Positions 38,048 to 49,711 of a stretch of DNA of 64,000 nt are shown in pieces; within the stretch, counting starts at the first letter, position 1; the number at the start of each line of letters is the position of its first letter. Below the pieces are notes generated by a model that was not told the DNA's origin, did not search any database, and saw only the letters and a program-made list of their open reading frames with translations. The DNA is from Podarcis erhardii (taxonomy: Eukaryota). Both the position numbers and the translations under genes were made by a program. The DNA lies in the NCBI GenBank assembly GCA_964252035.1, contig OZ176216.1; one strand, 5' to 3'.

Positions 38048-39689
38048 TACTATGATTGGCATGTTGCAGAAAATACCCACAAAAAGAACACCGGTCAAAC
38101 TTTTCCTGAGACTCCTCCACCTTTTCTCTGCTGCTTTTAACCACCATTAGTGTTACCAGGTGCAACTTTCTAAACACTACTTTGGGAAGCGAAAGGGTGG
38201 CAAAAACCATTCTTGGAGGAGCAAGGATTTGGTGATACACATTACACATGCAAATGATGAAAACCAGGGGAAATGAACAGCGTAATGGGAAATATTTGGG
38301 TAGTGTGCAGTACTCCATTGATTCACCCCTTAATGTTACAAGAGCCAAGTTTAACCCACACAGGCACAGGCTTAAAAAATACCATTGGGGAGGGAGAGGC
38401 TACAACAAATGGGTTAAGCACTGTCCCCGCCCGCCCCCGCCCCAATTTCTCTTCTGCAAAACAACCCCTCCCCAGGGCACTTTGCAAAGTCACGCAGCAT
38501 GAAATTTAGTCTTGAAAAGTCCTGGCGGAGACAGCAAATTTCCTCTGCATTTTTCAAAAATTACATGGCATGCCCAGGAATTGTGTGCATATGTATTAAA
38601 ATGGGTTTGAGGTTTTTCTTCTTCTGCTCATTAGTAGATAGCTGTGCATTCTTGTGCTGCCTTGAAAAGCTTTGCAAGCACGCCGGTGGCCCAGGAGCTA
38701 GCGTTCTGTGATGTTGGTGCCGGGTTTCGGAGAATGGATGTGCATGAATAGCGGCTCAGGAAACAGAGCGTGCATTATCTGTCTAATTTATCTCGCCGTC
38801 TCTCAATTCGTCCATGCCAATCCTGTTAAATTTAATGGGAGATATGTGTGTACTTGCAAGGGAAAAGATGCTATTTTATACCACCAGCTCCTCTTTCACT
38901 GTTGTGTTTATTCCTTCATGTGGAGTCCTGGCACTTTAGGGTTGGGTGGGGTTTTTTTTTACCTTTTAAGCTAGAGCGATTAAGCAGAGCTTGCTGCTGT
39001 AACCAGGGGCCAGCGGAGGCTTTCCTGCAAAAATGGTAAAAGAATTCAAAGCACCACCACTGGGCCCACCCACCTACACGAACCACTTAACTCTGCCCAC
39101 TTTCCTGCTCTGTTCTATAAGGATACTTTCAGTCAAAATCTGTAAGGGACAAAAAAAAACCCTGTTCCTCTGGTTGTTCGTTTCTGCAGAAAAGTTCAAA
39201 CCATTCATTATTTTTTTTAAAGTCACTTAGCAGAAGCTTCATGACAACTATTCTGATGTTATTTTTGCATTGCATTGAAAAACTCTACAGTCTGGTATAA
39301 AAACAGGCATGCCGGTTGCTTGATTTATCCATTCTCTCCCAGAGTAGACCTCTGGGACCTTCTCCTTCACTTGGGCTCCATCTTCAACTATACATTTAAA
39401 GCAGGTTCCCCCCCCCAAAAAAAAAAATCCCAGGAAACGTCGTTTGCTAAGGGTGCTGAGCGTTGTTAGACAATCCCTCTGCCACCTCACAGAGCTACAA
39501 TTCTCAGAGTGGTTTACCAATCTATCCCGCATCCCAGCAAAATCTGGGAGTTGTAGCTCTGGGGGGTCTCCTAACAATGCTCTGCACCCTTAACAAACTA
39601 CAATTCCCAGGATACTTTGGAGGAAACCCATGCCTGTCTAATATGGCATGATCCTGCTTTAAAAGTATAATGCTGATGTGGGCTTAATA

Positions 39690-39983
39690 TTGGGATGACA
39701 TTGTTCTGCCCAGACACTGAGGTCCAGCTCTGAGGGCCTTCTGGCAGTTTCCACACTGAGAGAAGTGAGGTTACAGGGAACCAGGCAGAGGGCCTTCTCG
39801 GTAGTGGCTCCCACCCTGTGAAACGCCCTCCCACCAGATGCCAAGGAAATAAATATCTGACTTTTAGAATACATCTGAAGGCTGTTTAGGGAAGTTTAGG
39901 GAAGTTTTTAATGTTTGGTGCTTTATTGTGTTTTTAATATGCTGTTGGAAGCTGCCCAGAGTGGCTGTGGAGGCCCGGCCAGA
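39690..39983 (+). mobile_element. L2 3' fragment running into an assembly gap
   Basis: Reverse-complement match to 53845-54134 (gaaccaggcagagggccttctcggtagtgg...gaagctgcccagagtggctg). Confidence 0.85.
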
Positions 39984-40113
39984 NNNNNNNNNNNNNNNNN
40001 NNNNNNNNNNNNNNNNNNNNNNNNNNNNNNNNNNNNNNNNNNNNNNNNNNNNNNNNNNNNNNNNNNNNNNNNNNNNNNNNNNNNNNNNNNNNNNNNNNNN
40101 NNNNNNNNNNNNN
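39984..40113. other. Assembly gap (130 N)
   Basis: Run of N. Confidence 1.
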
Positions 40114-40223
40114 TCAGATGATTCTTCATCCTCTAAAATTTTTAAAGTGGTGGGAGGAGCATTTTGGAACATGTCTTAGGACAGGAGTTCATCACCTCTT
40201 CCCTACACTTCTAAGTCTATGAG

Positions 40224-40265
40224 ATGAATGAATGAATGAATGAATGAATGAATGAATGAATGAAT
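40224..40265. repeat. (ATGA)n tetranucleotide repeat
   Basis: Seen directly. Confidence 0.95.
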
Positions 40266-40645
40266 TGGGAAGGGGTAGCTTCTTGCAGGCTCTGTCTCAC
40301 AGAGTCAGATGGGCCCAAAGCAAAGGCACCTGCTGAGTGAGCAAGATGCAGGTGATTGTCCTTTCCTGTAATGGCTGTGATGTTCACAGACTTCAGAAGC
40401 TGCTCTCTGCAGGGAAAGGCGTTTCTATGTGGCTGGCTGGGTGCGAAAAGCCTCCTGTATCTAACTGATGGTTTCCAATTTACGAGGAAGGACCATAGCT
40501 CAGTGACAGAGTGCATGCTTTGCATGCAGACAGCCCAAGGTTCAATCCCTAGTATCTCCAGGTAGGGCTTTGTGTGTGTGTATTCCTCTCTGAAGCCATC
40601 AAGAGCTTCTGCCAGTCAGTGCCGGTGATACTGAACTAGATGGAC

Positions 40646-42473
40646 TGTCAGGAACCAGCTGGATGAGGAAGAGCGGTGGGAGCTGCCCACCCAAGAGCTC
40701 CCCAGGGAGGAAACAGAAGACGATGTGTTGAGATCCCAGATCCTGGTGATGGGACACTGAAGAGCAGTCTGCAGAAGGGATGAGCTGGGAGGTGCTAGAA
40801 GCAAGGGGTTTGAGCAATCAAGGGGTTGTTCAGGAGAAAGAGGGCCTTTCAGGAGAGGGTTAGAGGCTAAGAGTCACAGTGTGAATGCAGATTCAGGCTG
40901 AGAGGAGTCAGAGGTTGTCTTTGCTACCCAGAAGCAGGACAGCCCCAGTCCTGGTGACTCTTGTCCCCCTCTGACACCCCAATCAAGGAGAGTCCTGCAC
41001 ATTGCTGAGCAGTGGGTCAGATAGGCCCAGAGGAGGAGCCCAACCCCTCTTTGCAGCCTTTGGAGGGATCCAGAGGTAGACACAAGAGGGGCAAGTGGTC
41101 AGTTTCAGACTAAAGTCATGGTGTTTTCAAGGAACTATAGGGACCATAGATGATATATGGATAATCAGTTGACTGAACAAGTTAAAGTCTTTAAATAACC
41201 TTATTTTTCAGTCAACAGGGTCATGGAGAGCACATCAGAAATATGCAAAGGAAAAAGCATCTCACAGTGCCAAAATTCTGACATGCTTTTTCCATATGAA
41301 AGGTGGCAGTCATATCTCATCAGCACCTGAAGTGTGTAAAGCTAAACCCCTAGCACAGTTATTATATGGGGCTCAGATTTGGACAGGCGCTCACCTTGGA
41401 ACTACAGAAGCTGTTTAATCTTAAGTTCCTAAGGCAATTTTTTCCTGTTCCATCCAGTGTTCCAAATGCTTAAGTTCCTAAGGCAATTTTTTCCTGTTCC
41501 ATCCAGTGTTCCAAATGCTTCATTGCGCTTGGAATCTAATCTCCCCTCTGTTAAATTACAGATTTGGTGTAGGACATTTAATTATTGGCTTCAGCTAAAT
41601 TTAAACCCCACCGGTCTGCTACCCTTAGTACCGCAAGATTGCCATGAGAGCACTTGGACTAAAATTGTCAACCAAAAGTTTTACTTTTCTGGTTTACCAT
41701 CACGACAGTTATTAACACTGGACTTCAGTAAAGCAAATAATTTAATTAGACAGTGCCTATATGATATTGAGAGACAGAATAATTTGGCCATGATGAGGAA
41801 ATTTTGTACATGGAATGATTATTTTCCACCTAGTTATTTTGACACGTTGGCAACCACTTTGCAAAATTTAACAATTCCAAAATACAGACGTGCTTTCACT
41901 TGTGCGAGATTGAATATCCTGCCTTCAGCTGTACTTGAGGGTCGATTTTAAAAAATTCTGCTGGAAAAACAGTCATGTCCATGTGGAGATGGCTGTATTG
42001 AGTCAGTGGTTCATGTGCTTCTAGCTTGCACTCTTTATAAAGATTTGAGGGGTGAGGTTATTACCCTTCTATTACTATCCATACCAGGTCATTCAACCAT
42101 TGCTACTGTGTCATTTCTTCTAGCAGATCAAGATAATCAGCTGACAGCAAAAACTGCAATTTTTTTAGCAGGAACAATTAAAATAAGATCTATTATTTAT
42201 TGATGCAAACCTCCAGAATGTATTTTGTATAGTTAAGCTTTTACCTCTGTCTCCAGTATATTTTATTTTATTTTATTGCTATGGCTAGTGGCTAGTGGCT
42301 GATGCAAATAAAGATTCTTCTTCTGGTCAGTTTCAGCAGTGTCTCAGCTGGATTAAGGGGAGCCAGAGGACTCTGCTCTGTTGTTATTTTCTGCTAATAA
42401 AAAGCTAATTCCCTGCCTCCCATGTGCGTACCTGCCCTGTGGTTGACCTGGCTCACTTGTAAGCTCCTTCACA
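40646..42473 (+). mobile_element. Solo LTR (Gypsy-like) interrupted by a LINE
   Basis: TGTCAGG...TTCACA ends, 5-bp TSD TGGAC (40641-40645 and 42474-42478), AATAAA at 42396. Confidence 0.85.
41109..42323 (+). mobile_element. 5'-truncated LINE, RTE-X-like (clade tentative), decayed ORF2 C-terminus
   Basis: AQLLYGAQIW, KFLRQ, RRAFTCARLN...GR and C-x-C...HVLLAC..YKDLR (CCHC-like) motifs; AATAAA plus (TTC)n tail; 13-bp TSD TGGTCAGTTTCAG (41096-41108 and 42324-42336). Confidence 0.85.
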
Positions 42474-42760
42474 TGGACTGATGGTCTTACTTGGTATCAG
42501 GCAGCTTCCTATAAGATGTGAACTTTATCCTTCCATACCTCTGGGGAAGGGTTGTAGCCCTATGGTAGAACACCTGCTTTTCATGCAGAAGGTCCCAGGT
42601 TCAGTTCCCAGCATCTCCTGCCATCTCTTCTCTCTGAAATCTTGGAGTCCCACTGCCAGTTGAAGCTAGATGGAACCATTGGTATGACTCAGAATAAGGC
42701 AGTTCCCTGTGTTCCTGTACCACTGTAGTCCCTTGTCCAAATAATTCTTCCTTCCAATTC

Positions 42761-43312
42761 TTAAGCCACAAGTTTAACATGTGTCAACAATGTGATACAG
42801 AAGGAAGGAAAAGCTAATGCTGTTCTAGGATGCCTCAACAGAAGTGTAGTGTCCAGCTCAAGAGAATTAATAGTGCCACTCTGTTCCGCCTTGATCAGAA
42901 GTACTGTGTCCGGTTTGGGGGGCAGCACAATTTAAGAAGGATGTTGACAAGCTGGAATGTGTTCAGAGGAGGGCAACCAAGATGATCAAGAGTCTGGAAA
43001 CCAAGGATTATAAGGAACAGTTGTGGGAGCTGAGTATGGCCAGCCTGGAGAAGAGAAGACTGAGAGGTGATATGATATCCATATCTGAAGACCTGTCAAG
43101 AAATGTGATTCCAACTAAACATTAGGAAGAATTTTCTGAGAGTAAGAGTTGTTTGACAGTGGAACAGGCTGCCTCAGAAGGTGGTGGACTCTCCTTCCTT
43201 GGAGGTTTTTAAAGAGAGGTTGGATGGTTATCAGGGGTTCTTTAGCTGTGATTCCTGTATTGTAGGGGTTTGGATTGGATGATCCTCAGGGTCCCTTGCA
43301 ACTCTACAAGTC
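42761..43312 (+). mobile_element. CR1 LINE 3' fragment (ORF2 C-terminus plus tail)
   Basis: Decayed KANAVLGCLNRSVVS...KKDVDKLECVQERATKMIKSLE, followed by the CR1 tail. Confidence 0.9.
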
Positions 43313-44054
43313 TCTGTTTCATGTCTCTTGTTTGCTCACATTCCTCTGAGCCTTCTTGTCCAAGGCTTCATTCCTAGCCCCTTGCTATCTTATCAGGCTA
43401 CTGCCCCCTCCTTTCCTGCCTCTTCCTCGCCCCCCTTTCCCTAGGCACTTTTCAGCTGTTGTGCCCCCAGAAGCCTCAGATGGTGTAGCTACAGACCCCT
43501 TTGCTTGTTCCATTCCACCATAGGGCAACTTAGTCCTTATTAGTGCCAGAGGAAGTGAGGGTTTGAGGGCACACACAGAAAAGAATAATTCATGAATCAA
43601 AAAGGCTCTTCTTGACCCCCTTCACTTGCTAAAATTGAATAGTTAAGAGCAACATATTTTATTAACAAGAATTGACAAACAGTACTGCAGACTTCTTCCT
43701 GGCACATCGTTGAATATTGAGATTGATGTTAAACGCCTTCTGGTTTTTTTAAAAAAAGCAAAACCAAAAACAACAAAACCAAAAACCTTTCTACAAGCAA
43801 GCAAAACGCAGCATTTCTTTCTCGTCTGCTGCAATGCAACAATTTGAGTGGACAGACTGGATTTGTATAGGACCTGCCTTGAAAGCAGCCTTCTTATTCA
43901 GGCCACAGAAGAAGAAGAAGAAAAACAACCCTCCTCTCATGTTGCCATCTTGAAATGTGTAGTTACTGATCTACTTGCTTGCAGCCTCCATTTTTATGCC
44001 CTTTCCCACTCACCTTCCATCTGTTATGGGTTTTTTTCTTTGTTTGTTTTGCAG

Positions 44055-44219
44055 CCGCCATTTTGGACGACCCGATGGAGTGCAGCAGAGGCGAACGGCT
44101 CTCTATCACCCTGGCCAAGAATCGGATAAATCGAGCTCCGGAGCGGGTGGGGAAAGCCAAAGTGGAGGTGGACATTTTCGAGCTGCTGAGAGACAGCGAA
44201 TATGAAACAGCCGAGACCA
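44055..44219 (+). CDS. GRIK4: Internal coding exon of glutamate receptor ionotropic kainate 4 (GluK4/KA1), start of amino-terminal domain
   Basis: Translates (A)[54 protein letters not shown](M). From recall this matches mammalian GRIK4 and not GRIK5 (AAILDDQTVCGRGERLAL). Acceptor tttgtttgttttgcag ends 44054; donor gtatgt starts 44220. 165 nt, phase 1/1. Confidence 0.97.
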
Positions 44220-44662
44220 GTATGTATGTCTCTTTGACCTGGGTTTTGTGAGCAGTGCTCAATTTCTAAGAAGTAATAACAATAATAGTAATAACTGGAA
44301 GTGCCAGCTTCTGAACTAGAAATCCTACCTTTGTGCAGATGTCTTACTTCTGTTTCTGTGGTTTTCTGTTGCAAACTCATGGTTCTCTCCCCTCCCCCTT
44401 TCCCATTTATTCTCATGACAATCCTGCGAGGTAGGTTAGACTAAAAGGTATTGACTGGTCCAGGGTCATCCAGTGAGCTTCATGGCAGATTTGAACACCA
44501 CACCACCCTTGTTCTCAGTTCCTGCTTGGATAAAGAACTAGGAAAAAGAGTTTCATGTGGAGAGAGATTGCTAAGCACTCTGTGAATTGTAGCTCTGTGA
44601 GGAGACTTCTAACAACCTTCAGCCCCTTAAACTATAACTCCTGGAATACTTTGCAGGGAAAC

Positions 44663-45040
44663 TGAAATATACTCGGAGTCAAGAGTGGATTTCATGCTCT
44701 TTATTCAGCTCATAGTGATGAGGAGGAATGGAATTTCCCCCAAAATGTTTGCTTTATATACATTATTTACACAATGGGCCCCACGTGATTAGCTGATTCC
44801 AGGATTCTCCTGTAGGCCAATCAGGTCGTGGATTCACTTCCATCTGGAGCTGGATTGGGTGGCTCCTGTGGACCAATCAGACTGCTGCATTCTGGAGCCT
44901 ATTGTTCTAGGACCAATCAGACTGCTGCATTCTGAATCCTATTGTTCTAGGACCAATCAGACTGCTGCATTCTGAATCCTATTGTTCTCGGACCAATCAG
45001 ATTGCTGCATTTTGGATCCTATTCAACTCAGTACATAACA
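44663..45040 (-). mobile_element. Solo LTR (378 bp) inserted in a palindromic MITE
   Basis: TG...CA ends and 5-bp TSD GAAAC (44658-44662 and 45041-45045). On the minus strand: TATA (44753-44761) then AATAAA (44700-44705). Confidence 0.88.
44871..45023. repeat. 40-bp tandem repeat x3.8 in the LTR U3, each unit with a CCAAT box
   Basis: gaccaatcaga(c/t)tgctgcatt starts at 44871, 44911, 44951 and 44991. Confidence 0.95.
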
Positions 45041-46448
45041 GAAACCATGACTGTTTAGAGTGGTATCATAGTGCTTTGAATGTGTGGTGTGAATGCGGCT
45101 CAATTCTTTTCTTGTCTTGTTCCCATGGGACATTGGGGTTGGACTTGATGACCCCTGGGGTCCCTTCCAACTTTACAGTGCTATGATTCATGGTCCCTCC
45201 TATGGATTGCATTCAGAAAGAGACGTTCCTCTACATCCTTATTGCCATAAGCAATCTAATTGGAACCAACGGGATTACTCACAAATAGTAAGCGTTGTGC
45301 TTGATTGTAGGCTCCAAAAAGATCAGGACTCACATTAGTAACACTGCATGTCTCTTTAGCTGTGACAGTGCCCTCAAGACATTGGCCTGTGATAATTACC
45401 TAAAGTGTGTAATGGGGTTTGATAATGGCCTAGCAGGATGGCTGTGCTCCTGACGCTGAGCCCCTCTCTCAATTTATGAAACACACGTGAGTAAAGACCG
45501 TAAAATTTCCATCATGCTCCTGGCTTGCTGCACGGGGCACTTCCAGAGCAGGAACATTGGTTAGGGTATTAAAATACATTAGCTAGCATTTATCAATTAA
45601 CACGCTGTAAACACCACTTTGCGCCTCGTTATAAAGGCGCAAATGTTTGCAATACCTCTTGGGTCTCATGCCTTATAATCCTGGTGATTCTCTTCTTGGA
45701 ATTCCCACACATAGACTCATCACATTTACAGGATTTCTCTGGTTTTAGCACATTTAAAGCACATGAACCTCAGCTTTCGTGTTGTTGTTTAAAGTTAGCT
45801 TTTAGCATTGCCAGGTGTGAAATATATATAAAATACTGCCTGCTGTGAATCCAGAAAACAAGGATGACAGAAATCCACAGTAGTGGGCTCTAGCATCAGC
45901 TATTAGCTATGACAATTAGGTAAATACTGTACAGCTGCTCTGAATGTTTGCCCACCAACTTTGTTTGAAGGGCACATGGGGAACTTTTGTGCAGACCAAA
46001 TTGCCCCCCCCTTCAAACAGTATCTTTTGCGCTGCTATTGACGGCTGTCGCATCCCCTCTTATCTGCTGTTTTGACATTTCCCTCTCCGGTTCCTGCCCT
46101 TTTTTCTCCTTCTCCAAGAGATCCCAGCCAGTCAGGGACCACCTAACTGTGTTGATGCTACAGGGCCACATAGCTAGCAGGATCTGAATGCATAATGAAC
46201 TGTCATTAGGCCAAAGGAAATGGAAAGGGAGGGCAATGCTTCCTGCCCATATTATGATTCGCCAAACACTTTCACTTACTCCTTTTTTGCAACCTGTCCC
46301 ACCACCCCACCCCACCCACCCCCAAAAATGCCCAAAGTGGATGATTGCGCAGCTGATAAAGGTATTTGCAAAAAGTTCCCCACTTGTCTCTTAGCTCACC
46401 CTATAAATAGTAACCCTATGTTCAGAGGTTCCTTTTTAAAGCTGTCTA

Positions 46449-46820
46449 AGGACGCAGGTGGCGCTGTGGTCTAAACCACAGAGCCTAGGGCTTGCTGATC
46501 AGAAGGTCAGTAGTTCGAATCCCTGCGGCAGTGTGAGCTCCCGTTGTTCGGTCCCTGCTCCTGCCAACCTAGCAGTTCAAAAGCATGTCAAGTGCAAGTA
46601 GATAAATAGGTACCGCTCCGGCAGGAAGGTAAACAGTGTTTCTGTGCACTGCCCTGGTTCACCAGAAGCGGCTTAGTCAGACTGGCCACATGACTCGGAA
46701 GCTGTCTGCGGACAAATGCTGGCGCCCTCGGCCTATAGAGCGAGATGAGCACCGCAACCCCAGAGTCGTCTGCGACTGGACCTAATAGTCAGGGGTACCT
46801 TTACCTTTACCTTTACCTTT
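46449..46820 (+). mobile_element. Full-length Sauria SINE
   Basis: gacgcaggtggcgctgtggtctaaacc head, ggttcgaatccc-like B box, conserved core, (ACCTTT)n tail. Confidence 0.93.
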
Positions 46821-48002
46821 AAGCTCATGGATACTAGAACATATTGAGGGAGCCATCAAAGTTCATTGCACAGAGTGTGGAAGGCCATGGTTTACGGGAC
46901 CCAAATTCCCCTCAACGTTTTGGAATCAATTCATGCTGAAATCAGCTCATATTCAAAACTTCAACATTCAGAGTGTGGAACTTCAGGCAAGAAGTCCTCA
47001 AGTCCTGCAAAGTTGGCATTCAGTGGTTTGGAAACAGAAGCTTTTTTTTTTTTACGGTAGACTGTCCTGTCTGTCCCTGATGCCTGAAAGCTCCTTTCGT
47101 ACTTTAGTGACATCCTTTAGTGACATCCCAGACTTTGGAGAGGCAGTGTTACTATTTCCACTCACCAAGCAGAAGAGCACTCTAAAGATGAGGAATTGGA
47201 TAAAAGCAAGATTCCCAGACCACCCTCTGCTTGCCTCTCCCCCACCCTTCCAGCTTTTAGGTCATCTAAGAAATAGGCTCCATAAATTTAAGGATTTGCT
47301 AGTGCTCAGGTTTTGCCTGCCTTTTCACCTTTGGCTCTGTGCAATTGCTTGTTATGGCATACAATATTAATAGAAGCCATTTAGATACTTTAACCTATGG
47401 CTGCGAGGCTTTCAAACATCTCTTTAATACCATTGTCAGGTTTCGGGCATTTTGAATTACTCCTAAGTACCGCTGTTAGCTGGCTAAATCTCATATCCCC
47501 ACAATTACATGCATCTAGAATGATGATATTATGTATTCTATACTATTAGCATTTTAAAGAGGGTCCTATGAGATACACATTCATCCTTTTCTCCATCTCT
47601 TCCTGTCTTTTTTGCTTATTCCATTTCTTTCCTCCTCTCCTCTTTCCCCCTTTATTAAATCTTCAAAGATAATACATGAATATAGAAAGGCATCCATCAG
47701 CGAAAAAGAAAGGGAGGGGGGACAAGGAAGAAAAGAAACATTACATCATCTGCTCTACAATAAAATGATTGTGATGTAGTTCTTAACCAGTAAAATCTTC
47801 TCTCTCTGTCTGTCTCTCTCTCTCTCTCCCTTTGCCCCATTCCATCTCACAGATTTCCCTACTGTGCAAATTTATCTCACCATTATGATAATATCACAAA
47901 CTCCTCTGAACTGTTCTATGAGAAGCTAGAGTAGAGGGTTGAGCTCCAGATCAGCTAACTACTACAGTATTAATAGTATTAATAAATAAATAAATAAATA
48001 AA

Positions 48003-48484
48003 AAGTCCAGTAGCGCCTTAGAGACTAAGTTTGTTCTAGGTATGAGCTTTCATGTGCATGCGCACTTCTTCAGATACACTGAAACAGAAGTCACCAGACC
48101 CTTATATATAGTCGGAGGGTGGGGTGGGGTTTTCCTCAAAAGGGTAGCAGGAGATGGGTGATTGACTCAATGGGTATGGTAAACCTGCTGACGACTGTTA
48201 ATGACTGCAATTAGTCGTACAGGAAAAAGCAAGGGATAGTATGCAGATGACCAAAAACAGCTTTAGCATGTGTAATGAGACAAGAATCCCCTATCTCTAT
48301 TCAGACCAGGTCTCTCCATAGTTTTCAGTTTAGTAATAACTTGTAATTCAGCAACTTCTCTTTCAAGTCTATTTCTGAAATTCTTTTGTAATAAGACAGC
48401 TGCTTTGAGATCCTGTATTGAATGTCCTGGGAGATTGAAGTGTTCTCCTACTGGCTTCTCTGTCTTGTGATTCCTGATGTCACT
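48003..48484 (-). mobile_element. Penelope-like element 3' fragment (GIY-YIG endonuclease C-terminus plus terminal repeat)
   Basis: SDIRNHKTEKPVGEHFNLPGHSIQDLKAAVL...REVAELQVITKLKTMERPGLNRD matches the Penelope GIY-YIG end (HF...H, E..I..L.T...GLN). Confidence 0.92.
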
Positions 48485-49025
48485 TGTCCTCACAGTGGTC
48501 AGGAAAGCGGCAAGCATTACCTAGGCACAAGGGCACCCTCCCTTCCTGCAGTTTCCAGCAACTTGCACTCAAGAGCATTACTGTCCCTGACCATGGAGGC
48601 AGCGCATAGGCCATCATGGCTAGTAGCCATTGATAGCCTTCTCCCACATGAATTTTCCCAAACCCTCTTTTAAACCCACCCAAATTGGTAGCCATTACTG
48701 CCTCTAGTGGGAGAGAGTTTCATAGCTGAACTATGTGCTGCATGAAAAAGTGAATTCTTGTATCAGTCAGTCCTGAATCTCCCAACATTCAGCTTCATTG
48801 AAAGTCCAAGAGTTCTGGTCTTATGAGAGACGCAGAAAAACATTTCTCTCTTTACTCTCTCCATGCCGTGCATATTTTTTATTACGCACATCTAAGATGC
48901 TGCTTCTTTTTCTCCAGACTAAAAAGTTGCAGATTCTGTGACCTTTCCTCACAGGAAAGTCACTCCACCCCCTTGATCATTTGGGCTGCCCTTGACTGAA
49001 ACTTTCCCAACCCTACAATAGGGTC
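48485..49025 (-). mobile_element. CR1-type LINE 3' fragment abutting the Penelope piece
   Basis: catggctagtagccattgatagcc and ccccttgatcatttgggctgccctt motifs, shared with 13981-14210 and 54135-54375. Confidence 0.8.
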
Positions 49026-49554
49026 AGATATTCCCAGCTGTTCTCTGATGTCAAGAACGATCAAGCGACGTTTTTCTGTTGGATCATGGTGTCTCCTGAT
49101 ATCAGTAGTAAGAAGGAAGGCCCATTGCGCTCTAGCCTTGCAATTGACACAGATGCACCCACACACTGCTCACGGAGGACTAGGCACCCGTGTCTGCAAC
49201 ACTCTGCCCTCCTTCGCCAATTAAGCCAGATGGCGTGATTTCTCATCTTTTAAATAGGCTGTGTAGCTTTAGACGTCGCTGAAGAAACATGAAGTCAACA
49301 CAAACAGGTCACAATTGCCCTGCTGTTCAGAACTACCATTGACTCCAGGGGAGGGAGGGGGCAGAAAGAAAGACCTTTCTATAGTTTTGCACACTGTTCC
49401 AGACCCTCCAAGTGTCTACATTTTCCAGGGACAGTCCCGGATTTACAGAAGCTGTCCTGGTTTCTGATTTGATCAAGAATGAGTTACCGTACATAACCCC
49501 CAAGCCAAGGAGATAAGTAACCATGCAACCTTTAGAAGACATCAGAAGGCAGCC

Positions 49555-49665
49555 CTGTATAGGGAAGTTTTTTCATGTTTAATATTTTTTATGTTTTTAG
49601 ATATGTTGGAAGCTGCCCAGAGTGGCTGAGGCAACCCAGTTAGATGGGTGGGGTAGAAATAAGAA

Positions 49666-49711
<46 letters not shown>
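49555..49711 (+). mobile_element. L2 3' tail with (ATT)15
   Basis: tgttggaagctgcccagagtggctg...attattatt, same family as 39690. Confidence 0.85.

Larger units (their letters stand above)
40488..42515 (+). mobile_element. Squam3-like SINE split by a solo LTR
   Basis: Head 40488-40645 ends ctagatggac; the tail resumes at 42474 tggactgatggtcttacttggtatcaggcagcttcctat, collinear with 37234-37426. Confidence 0.85.

Noticed and set aside
44871-45023. CRISPR-like or novel repeat array
   Set aside because: Contiguous 40-bp tandem units without spacers, inside a eukaryotic LTR U3.
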